A stretch of 64,000 nucleotides of DNA from Paraspadella gotoi (Eukaryota > Animalia > Chaetognatha), in assembly GCA_051294375.1 (NCBI GenBank), contig CM119265.1:27446219-27510218 (forward strand), written 5' to 3'. Under the pieces are notes generated by a model. It did not search any database. It was not told the origin of the DNA and was given only the letters and a program-made list of their open reading frames with translations. This document shows, in pieces, positions 11,408 through 24,900 of this stretch. A program made the translations under genes and the position numbers. The first letter of the stretch is position 1, and every line of letters starts with the position of its first letter.

Positions 11408-12356
11408 NNNNNNNNNNNNNNNNNNNNNNNNNNNNNNNNNNNNNNNNNNNNNNNNNNNNNNNNNNNNNNNNNNNNNNNNNNNNNNNNNNNNNNNNNNNNN
11501 NNNNNNNNNNNNNNNNNNNNNNNNNNNNNNNNNNNNNNNNNNNNNNNNNNNNNNNNNNNNNNNNNNNNNNNNNNNNNNNNNNNNNNNNNNNNNNNNNNNN
11601 NNNNNNNNNNNNNNNNNNNNNNNNAAAGAAAAAGAAGAATGTCAAGGGAAAGTAAAAAAAGGAAAAGATTAAGAGAAAAAAGGAAAGAGAAAAGAACAAG
11701 AAAAAGAAAATTTAAAAAAGAAAAGGAAAAAAATAGATGAGAAAGAAAAATAAAATGAAAGAGGAAGTAAAAAAGATAAAGAACAAGAAAACATTATTCT
11801 CTTTTGTTTGTCACAAATATTTATTTATTAGCAAATCGTCTTAAAATCGTAAATTGTAAATTGCCACATGGTTATCAACCATTGCACACCCCTTGAAGTA
11901 TTCGCACATTGTCCCAACCCACTTGGCGAATATTCGCACATTATCTCTCAAAGGTTTCGTTTTCTATTGNNNNNNNNNNGGACGGAGAAGAAAAGAGAGA
12001 GAAAGAGAGGAATTGAGAGAGAGCGAGATAGAGTGAGAGAGCAAGAGAGAGAGAGAGAGAGAGAGGATAGGGAGGAAGAAGAGAGAAGAGAGGAGGAAGA
12101 GAAGAGAAATAAAGAATAAAATATTGATAGAAAAAAGAAGAAAGAGAAAGAAAGGAGGCTAAAATATAAAGGGAGAGGAGAGTGAAGATCGGAAGAGAGA
12201 GGGAAACGGAAGAAGAAAAAGATAGAAGAAAAGAGAGGAAATTGAGATAAGATGAGCGAGATAAGTAGTGAGGAGAGCAAAGAGAGAGAGAGAAGAGAAA
12301 AGATAGAGATAAGAGTGAGAGAGAGAGAGAATGAAAAGAGAGAAAGTAGAGAGGAG

Positions 12357-12389
<33 letters not shown>

Positions 12390-12571
12390 GAGAGAAGTAG
12401 ATGGAGTAGAAGAGATCTCATTAAATACTTCATTTTGAGTCCTTCGTCGTAAAATGCATAAATGAAGCTTTGCACGGGGAAGGGACCGTCAAGTAGAGTA
12501 GACGAGATGAGGAGGAGAGAGAGAAGAAGAGAGAGAGAGAGAGAAGNNNNNNNNNNNNNNNNNNNNNNNNN

Positions 12572-12605
<34 letters not shown>

Positions 12606-14173
12606 ATTGCAATCACGTGTTCAAAATTGAATTAAATGATGGAAGAACAAAAGAATTAAAAGAATAAATCAATAGAATAACGATGAACGGACTAAGCGAT
12701 GGACTTAATGACGGACGGACAAGAAACGGCGATGGATTGAATGATAAATGGATTAATGAATGAACTGATTGGATTGGTGAATGAACTGATGAATGGATTT
12801 GATGAATGATTAATCGAGAGAGAGAATCCTGTTTAGAAATCAACAAACAATGACGATTAATCTTTATTAAGCAATAGAAAGGTTATACGCTTATATTCAA
12901 AACCTAAACAAGATTAACAAAAGAAAAAAGAGCAATGAATGAATGAATTTATAAATGACTAAATTAACTGATGAATGAATGAATCAATAAATGTCTGAAT
13001 TAATGAATGAATGAACGAATAAATAAAGACATGGACAACTAAAAAAATGTAAACAATCTACATCATTCAAATCGTTTACTTTATCCATAAAGATAAAAAT
13101 CTTAAAGATAAAGATCTTAAAGATGAAAATCTTAAAGATAAAGATCTTAAACATGAGGAAAGGAATTTTCCTCTGAGACAAAATTTCATAGAACGAGAGA
13201 CAGACCGACCGACTGACGGACCGACCAAAATAATCACGTCACGTCTTCCACCGTTTTATAAACAAGACGTTTCTCTCACGGGGGCTGAGCTGAGTGAGAG
13301 GCTGGAAGCGGACACGGACGAGTTTGCGGCTTGGGGTTAAGGTTTGGGTGGGGCTCTGAGTGGGGTTCCAGCGGGGTCATGGTCGGGAAGTGTAACGGGT
13401 CAAGTTGGGGAGGAAAAGCGTAAGGACGGGAAGGAAAAAGAGTGGTAGTGAGAGAGAGATAAATGTACAGAGTTTTAAAACTGGTAATTTTCTGGAATTC
13501 ATTTCAGGTTTTTATAGAAATTATTTTTTCGACGACGATGCGATGACGACGACGACAAAACATAGCGAAGACGACGACTAATCAACGAACGACGACGACG
13601 ACGACGAACACTACTGTACGATGACGAATGACGACGCGTCAATTTCTTCTTGCTAGTTTTTTATTTTCAATGATGTTTTATTTGTTTCTATTGTCCAAAC
13701 ATTTGCCAGCCCACCGTCCATCTCTTGCCACTTGCCACCATTGCACTCATTGCCCATCATTTGCCTACCTTGCCTTACCTTGCCAGCTACTTTTCAGTTT
13801 CACTGAACTCGTTGCTAAAGGATCTTTTCACGGACATCAGCAGATATCTTTCACGTTGTCATGGGGCAACTAAATGCCAAGATTTCAGAAGTCAGTGCAA
13901 TGAATTTCATCTGCGATTTTTTTTGCGCATCAAAGATATAAACAACAGGACAACAACAAAATAAACAAAAAAAAACATACCAAAACTGTCTAGAAAATCA
14001 TTAGGAAAAAGCAAAAAGAAAAAAGTGAGCAACCGAATACGTCGAGCACGGACACCTCGCTTAACCTTCCATAACCTCATCCTCTAATCCTCCACCTATC
14101 CTCACACTCCAAAAGTGCGACACAAATCTTAACCTCACCTCCCTACGCCAAATCTTGCCGTTCCCTTATACAA

Positions 14174-14883
14174 TAAGTTTCGTAGTGAAAGTTAACATGA
14201 CGAAATTATAAAAAGTCAATTATGGAAATAACATACCATCGCAAAGTGAACATTAATTTTGTAAAAAAAAATTTTTATTTTATATTATTTTTAAATTTTC
14301 GCAGTAGGCTTATTTATATTTGAGATATGTTATAAACAGGATTGAAAAAAATTTTTTTAAAATAGGCTTTTCTTAATTCTTTGATTGCAGATCTTGAATG
14401 TCCTCGTCAAAAGTTGATAAAAAGAGAAATATAAATATATTTTTTAAAAATTCTTCATCATTAAGTTGGTTAAAAATTAAAAAAACTATATTTGTAAAGT
14501 GATAGTAAAAAGTTAATTTTCAGCTTAAAATATATAGCTTTTTCTAAATTTTTGTACTCACTTAAATGAAGAGGAAATTTATTCAAAAAGAGTTATATTA
14601 TCTTTTTTATCACTTTTATATTGATAGAATTCCAAATCTGCGAAGAAAAATCTAGAAAAACTGGTTTTGAAATTTTTAATAACATTTACTTTGGTTTAGG
14701 TGAGCGTAGTAGACAATATGTTGCCTACTGCGAACTAAATTGTAAATTTATATTATTAAAATTTCTTTTATTTATCAGTAGAATGGTTTCATATAATATA
14801 CGATTTATGTTCGTTCCTACGACTTGTTTGATGAATTTTTAATTAATAGTTAAATTTATGTAAAATGTGATTACTTACGCTTA
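14174..14883. mobile_element. hAT-like non-autonomous element (error-rich copy of 22474-23110; repeated at 27367-28076)
   Basis: Same ends (taag..cgtagtgaaa ... ttacttacgctta) and same flanking ttatccaa context as 22474-23110. Confidence 0.65.
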
Positions 14884-17800
14884 TTATCCAATCGCCTCAC
14901 GATAAACTCGTCTAAACTCACTTGAATATCAGCCACGAACCCTAAACTACTTTCATATCTTACCCGAATCACTGTCTATCCGAACCTGAAATTGATAAAC
15001 TAAACCTCAAACTTCAAGCGCCAAAACTATTCTTATGACTCAACTTCCGACCCTGACACCGGCGTCTTACGCGTCTTTAATTCACTTCCTTTCTTGCCAA
15101 ATTTTTTGTCCCGTGATGTAGACAAAAATCAAAAAAAGTCGGAGATAATTCGATCGAGGGAAAATTGAATGTTCATGATGGCGTCCTTTCTTGGTGAAGG
15201 TGAGGGTCGAGAGTTACGGTGATATTGAGTGAGTGAATGTGAGGGTTAAAGTGAGAGGGTCATAATGGTGAAATGTATTGTGAAATGGATGTGAATGTAG
15301 TAAACAAGTTAAGGGTGAGGGTGAAGATGATTGGATGTGAGAGTGAGGGTGAAAATGATGGTGAATGGTGATGATGAAATTAATGAGAAGTGAGAGTGTA
15401 CCCTTGATTGTGAAGTGATGGTATAAGTGATTGATGAAGAATTAATTGTGAAGTGATGGTGATGGGGCAAGTTGAGGTTTAAGGTGATAATGAATTGGAA
15501 TGAAGGCAGTGAGGAGTTAAAATGATGGTCTAATGTGATGATGAATGTTATGGAGAAGTGAGAGTTTCCTTGATGGTTGAAAGTAGGATGATGGTAAAAT
15601 TTATGGTGAAGAGTGAATGGTTTATATGAAGGACAAGTGAGGGTTAGGTTGAACGGTGAATTCGAGGGGCAGAAATGATGTGAGACGAGGTGAGACTAAG
15701 TGAGAAATCAGCTTGATTATGTGAATGGAAAGATAACGAAAGCGAAAAAAAGCTCTGTTTCATTGGTTGTGATTTTTCGAGTGAATCGATCTTTGTCACG
15801 AAATTATGCAAGCGTGAAGCGTTTAGACTCGGAATTGTGAGAAAATAGGTACCTCGAAGTTTACCTATTCCGTAAAAGTGAATGAAGATAAACGGCAAGA
15901 TAGAATGGAACATTGACGGGCCACTGAAAATGGTAAGTAAAGATGAAGCTTTGGACTATATTTAAGAGGTAAGGTGAGATGAACTGAGGATGGAGGTCGA
16001 GAACTCAGCGGAAAAGGACAGAATCCTAATGGAAGACTGTAATGGACGTATGTGCGAATCGGGAGAGAGGGGGAGGAAGAGGGGCGAGGAAGAAGGGGGG
16101 AGAGGGGGGAGGGTAAGGGGGAGGGACGCAGGGGGAGGGAGGAGAGGAGGTGGGAGGGAGGAGAGGTGGGAGGGAGAGGGGAGCAGAGGGGAGGGAGATG
16201 GGAAGGAAGTAAGGGGGGAGATACTGGGGGAGGGTAACAGGGGGAGGGAACATCGGGGGAGGGAGGAAGCAGGGAGGAACAGAGGGAGAGAGGAAGCAGA
16301 GAGGGGGAGGGAAAGGGGACATAAGCAGAATGAGGACAAGAGGGGCGATAGAGGGAGGGGGAGAGGGAATTATGGAAGAGAGGTGGGGAGAGAAACGGGG
16401 TAGAGAGTGAGGTGGAAGGACAGAAGAGGTCGGAGATGAGGGGTGAGATATAGAGGGGGGAGGAGAAGCGGGATGAGAGAGGTGTAGGTGATCGGCACGG
16501 GTGGAGGCATCAGGAGGGGCGAATAGATATCTTATATATTGATTATATGGTGATGGTGATTGGGGTGGAGGGCGAGTGGATAGTCGGGACATGGGGCGGT
16601 GCCGTGTAGATTGGCGATAAGGATGGAGATACACACGCGGGTGGATATAATGAAGAGAAGGAAATGCACAGATGGATAGAAGAATGAATTCAAAGAATTC
16701 TAATGACTTTTAAATTTGAACGTTCGTCTCCGATTCGCAAGGACGACCATTCGTAGCGTCTAGGGCCTTCGTATACCATTTAAGTGAGGAGCTTGTCAGC
16801 TTTTGCCTTTTGACCTTTTAATGCCTTTTAGCAGCCTTCAGAGTGACCTTAATGAAGTGTATCCGGGTAATCCGAATCGCCGGGAACTTCTTATGTGGTC
16901 GGGGAGCGTAAGCGATATACTCATTGGTCCGTTCGGCATGAGGCATATGAAGGAGAGCAGGTAGGAAGCTATTCGGTCTTTAGGACCTTTGAATTGTCGC
17001 TGAATCTAGAGTGCATGACTGATTGTTTTGAGAAGGAGAGGGTCAAGGGGGAATTAGGTAGGGTCTCCTGTGTGGGAGAACGGATTCAGTGGAGGTAGGA
17101 GGAGAGACGTTGAGCACGGCATTTGGCAGTGCACGGAGAGAAAGTGATAAGGGTGTAGTCATGTCGGAAGGACTGCCGCATCTTTTTGGCGCGAGATGGA
17201 TGAAGAAAAGGTTTGGATTCTCCGGGCGCCAGCTGGATTTCTTAGGTATGAATCGATTATGAGGAAATGATTATGATATTTTGTTGAGTTTTTTTGAGGC
17301 GTGTGGGGTTTTGAGAGATAAAGAAGAGAGGAGAGAGATAGAGAGGTAGGAAGTTAGAAAGGTGAGATGAGAAAAAGACCTAAAAGATAAGATTTAAAAT
17401 ATATTTAGAGATTAGAATTGATTATTTGGTTGATTAGATGTTAAGTGCGGGGGAGTGCGGGTGCAGGGCGGAGTGGGGGTCGGAATGTGGGGGGCGGTTT
17501 GTTGTTAGGTGAGTGGAAGAATGAGAAGAGGAGAGAATCATGAAGTGACAGAGAGGAAGGAGAGGAGAGAGAGTTGATCGACAGTGAGAGAGGACGAAGA
17601 TGAGAGCAGGAGAGAGAGAATGATGAGATGATAGCTAGAGAGAGAGTCAGAGAGAGAGAGAAAGTGGATACGGAGAAAAAGACAAGAAAAGATTAAATAT
17701 ATGCAGATAAAACGAAACGTAAAGGGATGTTTAAAGATTTCTATGTATTCTATTCTTCCTGAGTATTTTTCTGTTCTTATTGTACTATATTATTAAAATT

Positions 17801-20464
17801 GAAGCATCCTTACCTTTTTTGCATCTTCTTTTACACCATGCGGACGAGTGGCGCCCGTTTATGTCTTTCTGTCGTGCCTCCGCCTCCGGGTCTAGAGACC
17901 GTACAGGATGGACAGACGGCGTTCGTTTATTTAATGATCATGATAGTGTCCGAGAATAGGTAAAGTGTGGCCTGTATAGTTGATCAAGGTCGAAAAGGAA
18001 TATGTCAGTTCTGGTTTACAGTGGATAAGTTGACATCGAGATGAATAAGCACATGCGTCAATATGCTTGGACAGAATTTAAAGGGTCCTTTTTTGTTGCC
18101 CCAGATAGCTGTTCTCTCCATTTTCATATTAATTCGGAATGAGGTAGTCGTTTTTAGAAGTTAATATGGATTAGGTTAGAGATTGAGGTGTCTAGGGATG
18201 AGATATTAAGGGGTTAGAGTATATTAAGGATAAGAATAGGATAAGTATTGGCTATATCGAATTATAATTATAACATGCGGTATTTATATTTTATTGCTTA
18301 TTGTGAGGATTAGGTTATAAGACAAGTTTTTGTGGATTAAGGTTGAGCGCTTGTTAGGTGTATTTAGGATTTAAGATTTTTGAGGTTTGAGATTAGGTGT
18401 ATCAGGATTAAATGGTTTAAGAAATTGTTGTATAACATATTAGTTTATGAGATAAATGTTTTAGGGTTAAAATATAATATCATAAAATAAAATTCTTGGA
18501 TAAAAGCAACAGAAATATGAACGGCCTTGGTGCTGTGAACGAATGAATCTGAGGAAAGTTGTAGTAGCAGTCAGATAGTTTAAGCCAGTTATGTCGATAC
18601 GTTGCTGAGATCCAATACGTATAAACATATTATTTAGTAGAAGTTGTTATTACTAATGTAGACGCAGATCTCTAAGGCACAAGACTGTTTACTACAATTT
18701 GAAAACATATTCTTTTAAAATATTATATCAAAGTTATCTGATATATGGAAGGCCATGGTACACTGGGAGTGATAACTTGGTGAAGCAAGAGATCTTTGAT
18801 TGAAAAACTGAAGGCGACCATTTGCTATGTCAATTATCGGATTGGATAAATGAGTGGACTGGCATACCACGCAAAGCAGCCTGTCCAATAGTTCATAAGG
18901 NNNNNNNNNNNNNNNNNNNNNNNNNCGACGACGACAACAACGACGACGATGACGACGCGTCAAATTCTTCTCTTGTTTTTTTTTCATCGAGTTTTATTGT
19001 TTCTATTGTCAACATTTGCCACCCACCGTCCACCTTGCCACCTGCCACCTTGCCACCTTGCCACCCCGGCAGGAGAGAGAGATTCTTCTCTCTTTCTTAT
19101 CTCTTTCGTTTCTGTTTTTCTCTCTCTCTCTTTCTCTTTCTGTTCTAGGTGATGATGTGGGATGGATATTTACGGATGAGTGTGTTCCCCATCAGAGGTA
19201 TGGAGGAGCGGCGAAGTCGGTCGTGTTCGTTCACGTGTACACTATCACGTCGATCTACGGACCCAATCGTTTACATCGGAGGATCTCCACTTAATGCGGT
19301 CCAGATGCTGCCGCTTGCATATATGTGTAGGATTTCTTCCGCAATATATTTCCCAATTCAAATAGGCCAAAGGAGCGACGGCCTAAGAAATTCACTTCTC
19401 GAGTTTTTTTGGGAGGACAGTGAATCGAGCCTAAAAAGAATACTTTTTTTTGAGGGGGGGCGGGGAGGTGGGTCGAGGATTAAACAATTTCATGGCAAGA
19501 TCAAGTTTTTCGGCGGAGTTACTTTCGTACCGGGGCGATCACGGACTCCAAGTATAATAATACATGACCTTCAAAGCACTAACTAACGTATCCAGTCCGA
19601 GCTATAGATCTCAAAAATGTAAGAGGAACAGACAGTACGGATATAAGACAACAGAGCCGAACCGCACGAAGCGAGTTCTTCGTTTAGAGTTGCTACAAGC
19701 CAACGTGCTTCTTTAGGGAACAAAATGAATAATGTTTTTAATTAGATTATATACTTGACTGATCTTGCAACATTATGTTACCTTTTCTCGAAGTAAACAG
19801 TGAGAAAAGTGAACTCATGAGGAAAAATCTTCGAGTCAAAACGGACCAGTCACGGGCCAGTCACGGCCAGTCACAGGCCAGTCACGGCCAGTGCAACGGC
19901 GCCAGGTCACCGGCAGTCACGGCCAGTCACGGCCAGTCAGCGGCCATCACGGCCTAGTCACGAGACCAGTCACGGCCAGTCACGCGCAGTCACGGCGCAG
20001 CCACTCGGCGCGATCGCTCAAATTTTTATAAATCTATGATCCAATCATCAAATCAATTTGAAGAAGAAGGAATGTAAAAAAAAAGTTGAAAAAGAAAAAA
20101 AGAATGTCAAGGGAAAGTAAAAAAGAAAAGATTAAGAGAAAAAAGGAAAGAGAAAAGAAAGAAAAAGAAAATTTAAAAAAGAAAAGGAAAAAAATAGATG
20201 AGAAAGAAAAATAAATGAAAGAGGAAGTAAAGATAAAGATACAAGCAAAACATTAATTCTTTTGTTTGTAACAAATATTTATTTATTAGCAATCGTCTTA
20301 AAATCGTAAATTGTAAATTGCCAACATGGTTATCAACCATTGACACCCTTGAAGTATTCGCACATGTCCAACCCACTTGGCGAATATTCGCACACTTATC
20401 TCCAAAAGGTTTCGTTTTCTATTGGAATACATAGAGAGCGAGAGAGAGAGAGGAGAGAGAGAGA

Positions 20465-20516
<52 letters not shown>

Positions 20517-20815
20517 AAATGGAAAAAAAGAGACACATAACGATAAAAAGAAACTAGAGAGAGGGAGGAAGAAGAGAGAGAGAGGGAGGAAGAGAGAGAA
20601 AATAAAGAAAAAATTGATAGAAAAAAGAGAGAAGAGAAGAAAGGAGGCTAAAAAAGGGGAGAGAGAGGAAGAGATCGAGAAGAGAGGGACGGAGAAGAAG
20701 AGAGAGAAAGAGAGGAATTGAGAGAGAGAGCGAGATAGAGTGAGAGAGCAGAGAGAGGAGAGAGAGAAAGAGAGAAGAGAGAGAGGGAGAGAGAGAAGAG
20801 AGGGAGAGAGAGGAG

Positions 20816-20848
<33 letters not shown>

Positions 20849-20957
20849 TGAGGAGAGAAGAAAAGAATCTCATTAATCTTCATTGAGTCCTTCGGTCGTA
20901 AAATGCATAAATGAATTTGCGGACGGGAGGGACCCGTCAAGAGAAAGGAGAGAGAGG

Positions 20958-20990
<33 letters not shown>

Positions 20991-22473
20991 AGAGAAGAGA
21001 GAGAGAGTAGAGAGATGAGAAGAAGACGATATGTGAACAGCAATCACGTGTTTCAAAATTGAATTAAATGATGGAAGAACAAAAGAATTAAAAGAATAAT
21101 CAAATAGAATAGGATGAACGGACTAAGCGATGGACTTAATGACGGACGGACAAGAAACGGCGGATGGATTTGAATGATAAATGGATTAATGAATGAACTG
21201 ATTGGATTGGTGAATGAACTGATGAATGGATTTGATGAATGATTAATCGAGAGAGAGAATCCGTTTAGAATCAACAAACAATGACGATTAATCTTTATTA
21301 AGCAATAGAAAGGTTATGACGCTTATATTCAATACCTAAAACAAGATTAACAAAAGAAAAAGAGCAATGAATGAATGAATTTATAAATGACTAAATTAAC
21401 TGATGAATGGAATGAATCAATAAATGTCTGAATAATGAATGAATGAACGAATAAATAAAGACATGGACAACTAAAAAAATGTAAACAATCTACTATCATT
21501 CAAATCGTTTACTTTATCCATAAAGATACAAATCTTAAAGATAAGATCTTAAAGATGAAAATCTTAAAAGATAATAGATCTTAAACATGAGGAAAGGAAT
21601 TTTCCTCTGAGACAAAATTTCATTAGAACGAAGACAGACGACCGACTGGACGGACCGACGCAAAAATATCACGTCACGTCTTCCACCGTTTTATAAACAA
21701 GACGTTTCTCTCTACGGGGGCTGAGCTGAGGTGAGAGGCTGGAAGCGGACGAGTGTTGGGCTGGGTAAGGTTTGGTGGGCTGAGGGGTCAGTGGGGTCAG
21801 GTGGGAGAAACGGGGTCAAGTGGGGAGAAAGTAAGGCGGGAAGGAAAAAGATGGTAGTGAAGAGAGAGATATGTACAGAGTTTTAAAACTGTATTTCTGG
21901 ATTCTCAGGTTTTTATTAGAATTTTTTCGACGACAAAGACGATGACGACGACGACAAAAACAACGAAGACGACGACAACAACGACGACGACGACGAGACC
22001 GAACCCGCGAACGATGACGAACGCTCAATTCTTCTCTGTTTTTTTTTTCATCGAGTTTTATTGTTTCTATTGTCAACATTTGCCAGCCACCGTCCACCTT
22101 GCCACTGCACCTGCACTGCACATCTTTGCCACCTTGCCACCTGCCAACTTTTCAGTTTCACTGAACTCGTTGAAAGGATCTTTTCACGACATCAGCAGTC
22201 ACACGTTGTCATGGCAAAAAGCAATTTTTAGATCAGCAATAATCATACGCGATTTTTCGCATCAAAGATAAAACAACAACACAACAAAAAAAACAAAAAA
22301 ACACCAAAACTGTTAAAATCATTAGGAAAAAACAAAAGAAAAGAGCAACGAATAGTCACGACCGAACCTCGCTCTAACCTTCCATAACCTCACCCTAACC
22401 TCCACCTATCCTCACCCAAAAGTCGAACAAATCTAACCTCACCTCCTACCAAATCTTGCCGTCCCTTATCCAA

Positions 22474-23110
22474 TAAGCGTAGTGAAAGTTACATACGAAA
22501 ATTATAAAAGTCAATTATAATAACATACCATCAGTGAACATTAATTTGTAAAAAAAATTTTATTTTTTATATTTTTAATTTAGTACTTATTTATATTTAT
22601 ATTTATAAAATTGAAAAATTTTCAAAATAGGTTTTCTTAATTTTGATTGCAGTATTCTGAATAATCCGTCGTCAAAGAGTTGATAAAAGAAAAAAAAATA
22701 AATATTTTTTAAAAATTCTTCATTTTAAGTGGGTTAAAAATTAAAAAAACTATATTTAAATATAAAAAAGTATATTTTCAGCTAAAATATAGCTTTTTCT
22801 AATTTTGACTCACTTAATGAAGGAATTTTTCAAAAAGAGTTATATTTTCTTTTTATCAACTTTTTATGAAGAATCCAAATCTGCAAAAAAATCTTAGAAA
22901 AAACTGTTTTGAAATTTTAAACATTTATTGGTTATATACTAGTATAAATATGGCCTATCTGCGTAAATTGTAAATTTATTATAAATTTTTTTATTACATA
23001 AATGTTCATTAATATAATTTTGTTCGTTCCTCACTTTTTAGAATTTTAATTANNNNNNNNNNNNNNNNNNNNNNNNNTAAAGTTAAATTTAGAAATTTTA
23101 CTACGCCTTA
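22474..23110. mobile_element. Non-autonomous DNA transposon with 8-bp TSD (hAT-like)
   Basis: Flanked by direct repeat TTATCCAA (22466-22473 and 23111-23118). Imperfect TIRs taagcgtagtgaaa ... ttttactacgcctta around an AT-rich interior. A family member with different flanks is at ~50900-51474. Confidence 0.75.
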
Positions 23111-23379
23111 TTATCCAATCCTCACGGAAAACTCGTCCTAAACTCACTTGAATATCACCCGAACCCTAAACTCTTTCATATCTTACCCGAACCTCATCCC
23201 GAACCTGAATTGAAACTAACCTCAACTTCACCCAAAACTATTCTTATGACTCACCCGAACCTGACCCGCGTCTTACCTCTTTTTCTTTCCTTCGCCAATT
23301 TTTTGTCCCGAGAGACAAAAAAAAAAAAGTCGGAGATAATTCGATCGAGGGAAAATTGAATTTCTGATGCGTCTTTCTT

Positions 23380-23790
23380 GGTGAAGTGATGGGCGAAGTG
23401 AGGGTGAATTGAGGGTGAAGTGAGGGTAAAGTGAGAGGGTCATAATGGTGAAATGATTGTGAAATGATGGTGATGAGAAACAAGTAAGGGTGAGGGTGAA
23501 ATGATGGAGAGAGTGAGGGTAAAATGATGGTGAAGTGATGATGAAATTATGGAGAAGTGAGAGTGTCTTGATGGTGAAGTGATGGTTAAGTGATGATGAA
23601 ATTATTGTGAAGTGATGGTGATGAGGGACAAGTGAGGTTGAAGGTGAAATGATGGAGAGAGTGAGGATTAAATGATGGTTAAGTGATGATGAAGTTATGG
23701 AGAAGTGAGAGTGTCTTGATGGTGAAGTGATGATGAAATTATGGTGAAGTGATGGTTATGAAGGACAAGTGAGGGTTAGGTGAAGGTGAA
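23380..23790 (+). repeat. Degenerate GTGA/GATG-rich minisatellite (also 15190-15660 and 28385-28855)
   Basis: Recurring gtgatgatgaaattatggagaagtgagagtgtcttgatggtgaa blocks. Confidence 0.75.
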
Positions 23791-24706
23791 TTGAGGGGGC
23801 AGAATGATGTGAGAGCGAGGTGAGACTAAGTGAGAAATCAGCTGATTTGTGAATGAAAGAAACGAAACGAAAAAAGCTCTGTTTCATTGGTTGTGATTTC
23901 GAGTGACGAGTTTGTCACGAATTTCAAGCGTGAAGCGAGACCAAGTGAGAAAAAGGTACCCGAAGTTACCATCTAAGTGAATGAAGATAAACGCAAGATA
24001 ATGGAACAGACGGGCCACTGAAATGGTAAGTTAAAATGAAGCTTGGAATATTTAAGAGGTAAGGTGAGATGAAACGAGATGGAGGGTCGAGAACTCAGGA
24101 AAAGGACGAACCTAATGGAGACTGTAATGGACGATTGGAATCGGGAGAGAGGGGGAGGAAAGAAGGGGGAGGAGGGGGGGGTGAGGGGTGGTTAACCGCG
24201 GGGCAGGGACTAGGGGCACGGGCAGCTAAGGGGAGCAGGGAGGAGAGAGGCGGGGGCACGGGATCGAGGGTGGCGAGCAGAGGAGATGCGGGAGCGGAGA
24301 AGGGGGAGGAAGAAGGGGAAGAGGGGGAGGTAAAGGGGGAAGAGCAGGGAGGAAGTAAGAGGGAGGGAAGAGGGAGAAAGGAGAGAGAGGGGGTACGGGG
24401 ATAAGGGGAAAGAAGAGGAAAGAGGGGGGAGAGAAGAGGGAGGGGGGGAGGAGGGTGTGGGAGGGGGAGATGGGATGGAAAGGAGCAGAGGGGGGGGCAG
24501 CGAAGAGAGGATGGGGAAGAGAGGAGTGTTGGAGGGAAGAAGAGGAGGATNNNNNNNNNNNNNNNNNNNNNNNNNNNNNNNNNNNNNNNNNNNNNNNNNN
24601 NNNNNNNNNNNNNNNNNNNNNNNNNNNNNNNNNNNNNNNNNNNNNNNNNNNNNNNNNNNNNNNNNNNNNNNNNNNNNNNNNNNNNNNNNNNNNNNNNNNN
24701 NNNNNN

Positions 24707-24900
24707 CAAATTCTAATATTTAATTTGAACTTCGTCTCGAGCAAGGACTGACCATTCGACGTCAGGGCCTCATACATTTAGTGAGGACTGTCACTGGCCT
24801 TTTAGCCTTTTAGCCTTTTAGCCAGAGAACCAAGAGGACCGGGAATCGAACCCGGGACTCTTTGGTCGGGAGGAAGCGAACTTGGTCCGTTCGCTGAAGG
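24707..24900 (-). mobile_element. tRNA-derived SINE-like element
   Basis: Minus strand reads ...agcgaacggaccaagttcgcttcctcccgaccaaagagtcccgGGTTCGATTCCcggtcctc, with an intact B-box/T-arm hairpin but no good acceptor stem. Followed by (GGCTAAAA)x3 and a cctca..tgagg hairpin. Noisy copies at ~16700-16945 and ~29890-30135. Confidence 0.65.

Larger units (their letters stand above)
10860..18900 (+). repeat. Copy 1 of ~8-kb triplicated segment
   Basis: Starts cccattcaaattagccaaaggagcgacgcc, also seen at ~19350. Colinear with 19330-25150 and 25156-31950. Confidence 0.9.

Noticed and set aside
24835-24900. Functional tRNA gene
   Set aside because: The T-arm is good but acceptor, D and anticodon stems do not pair; treated as a SINE head.
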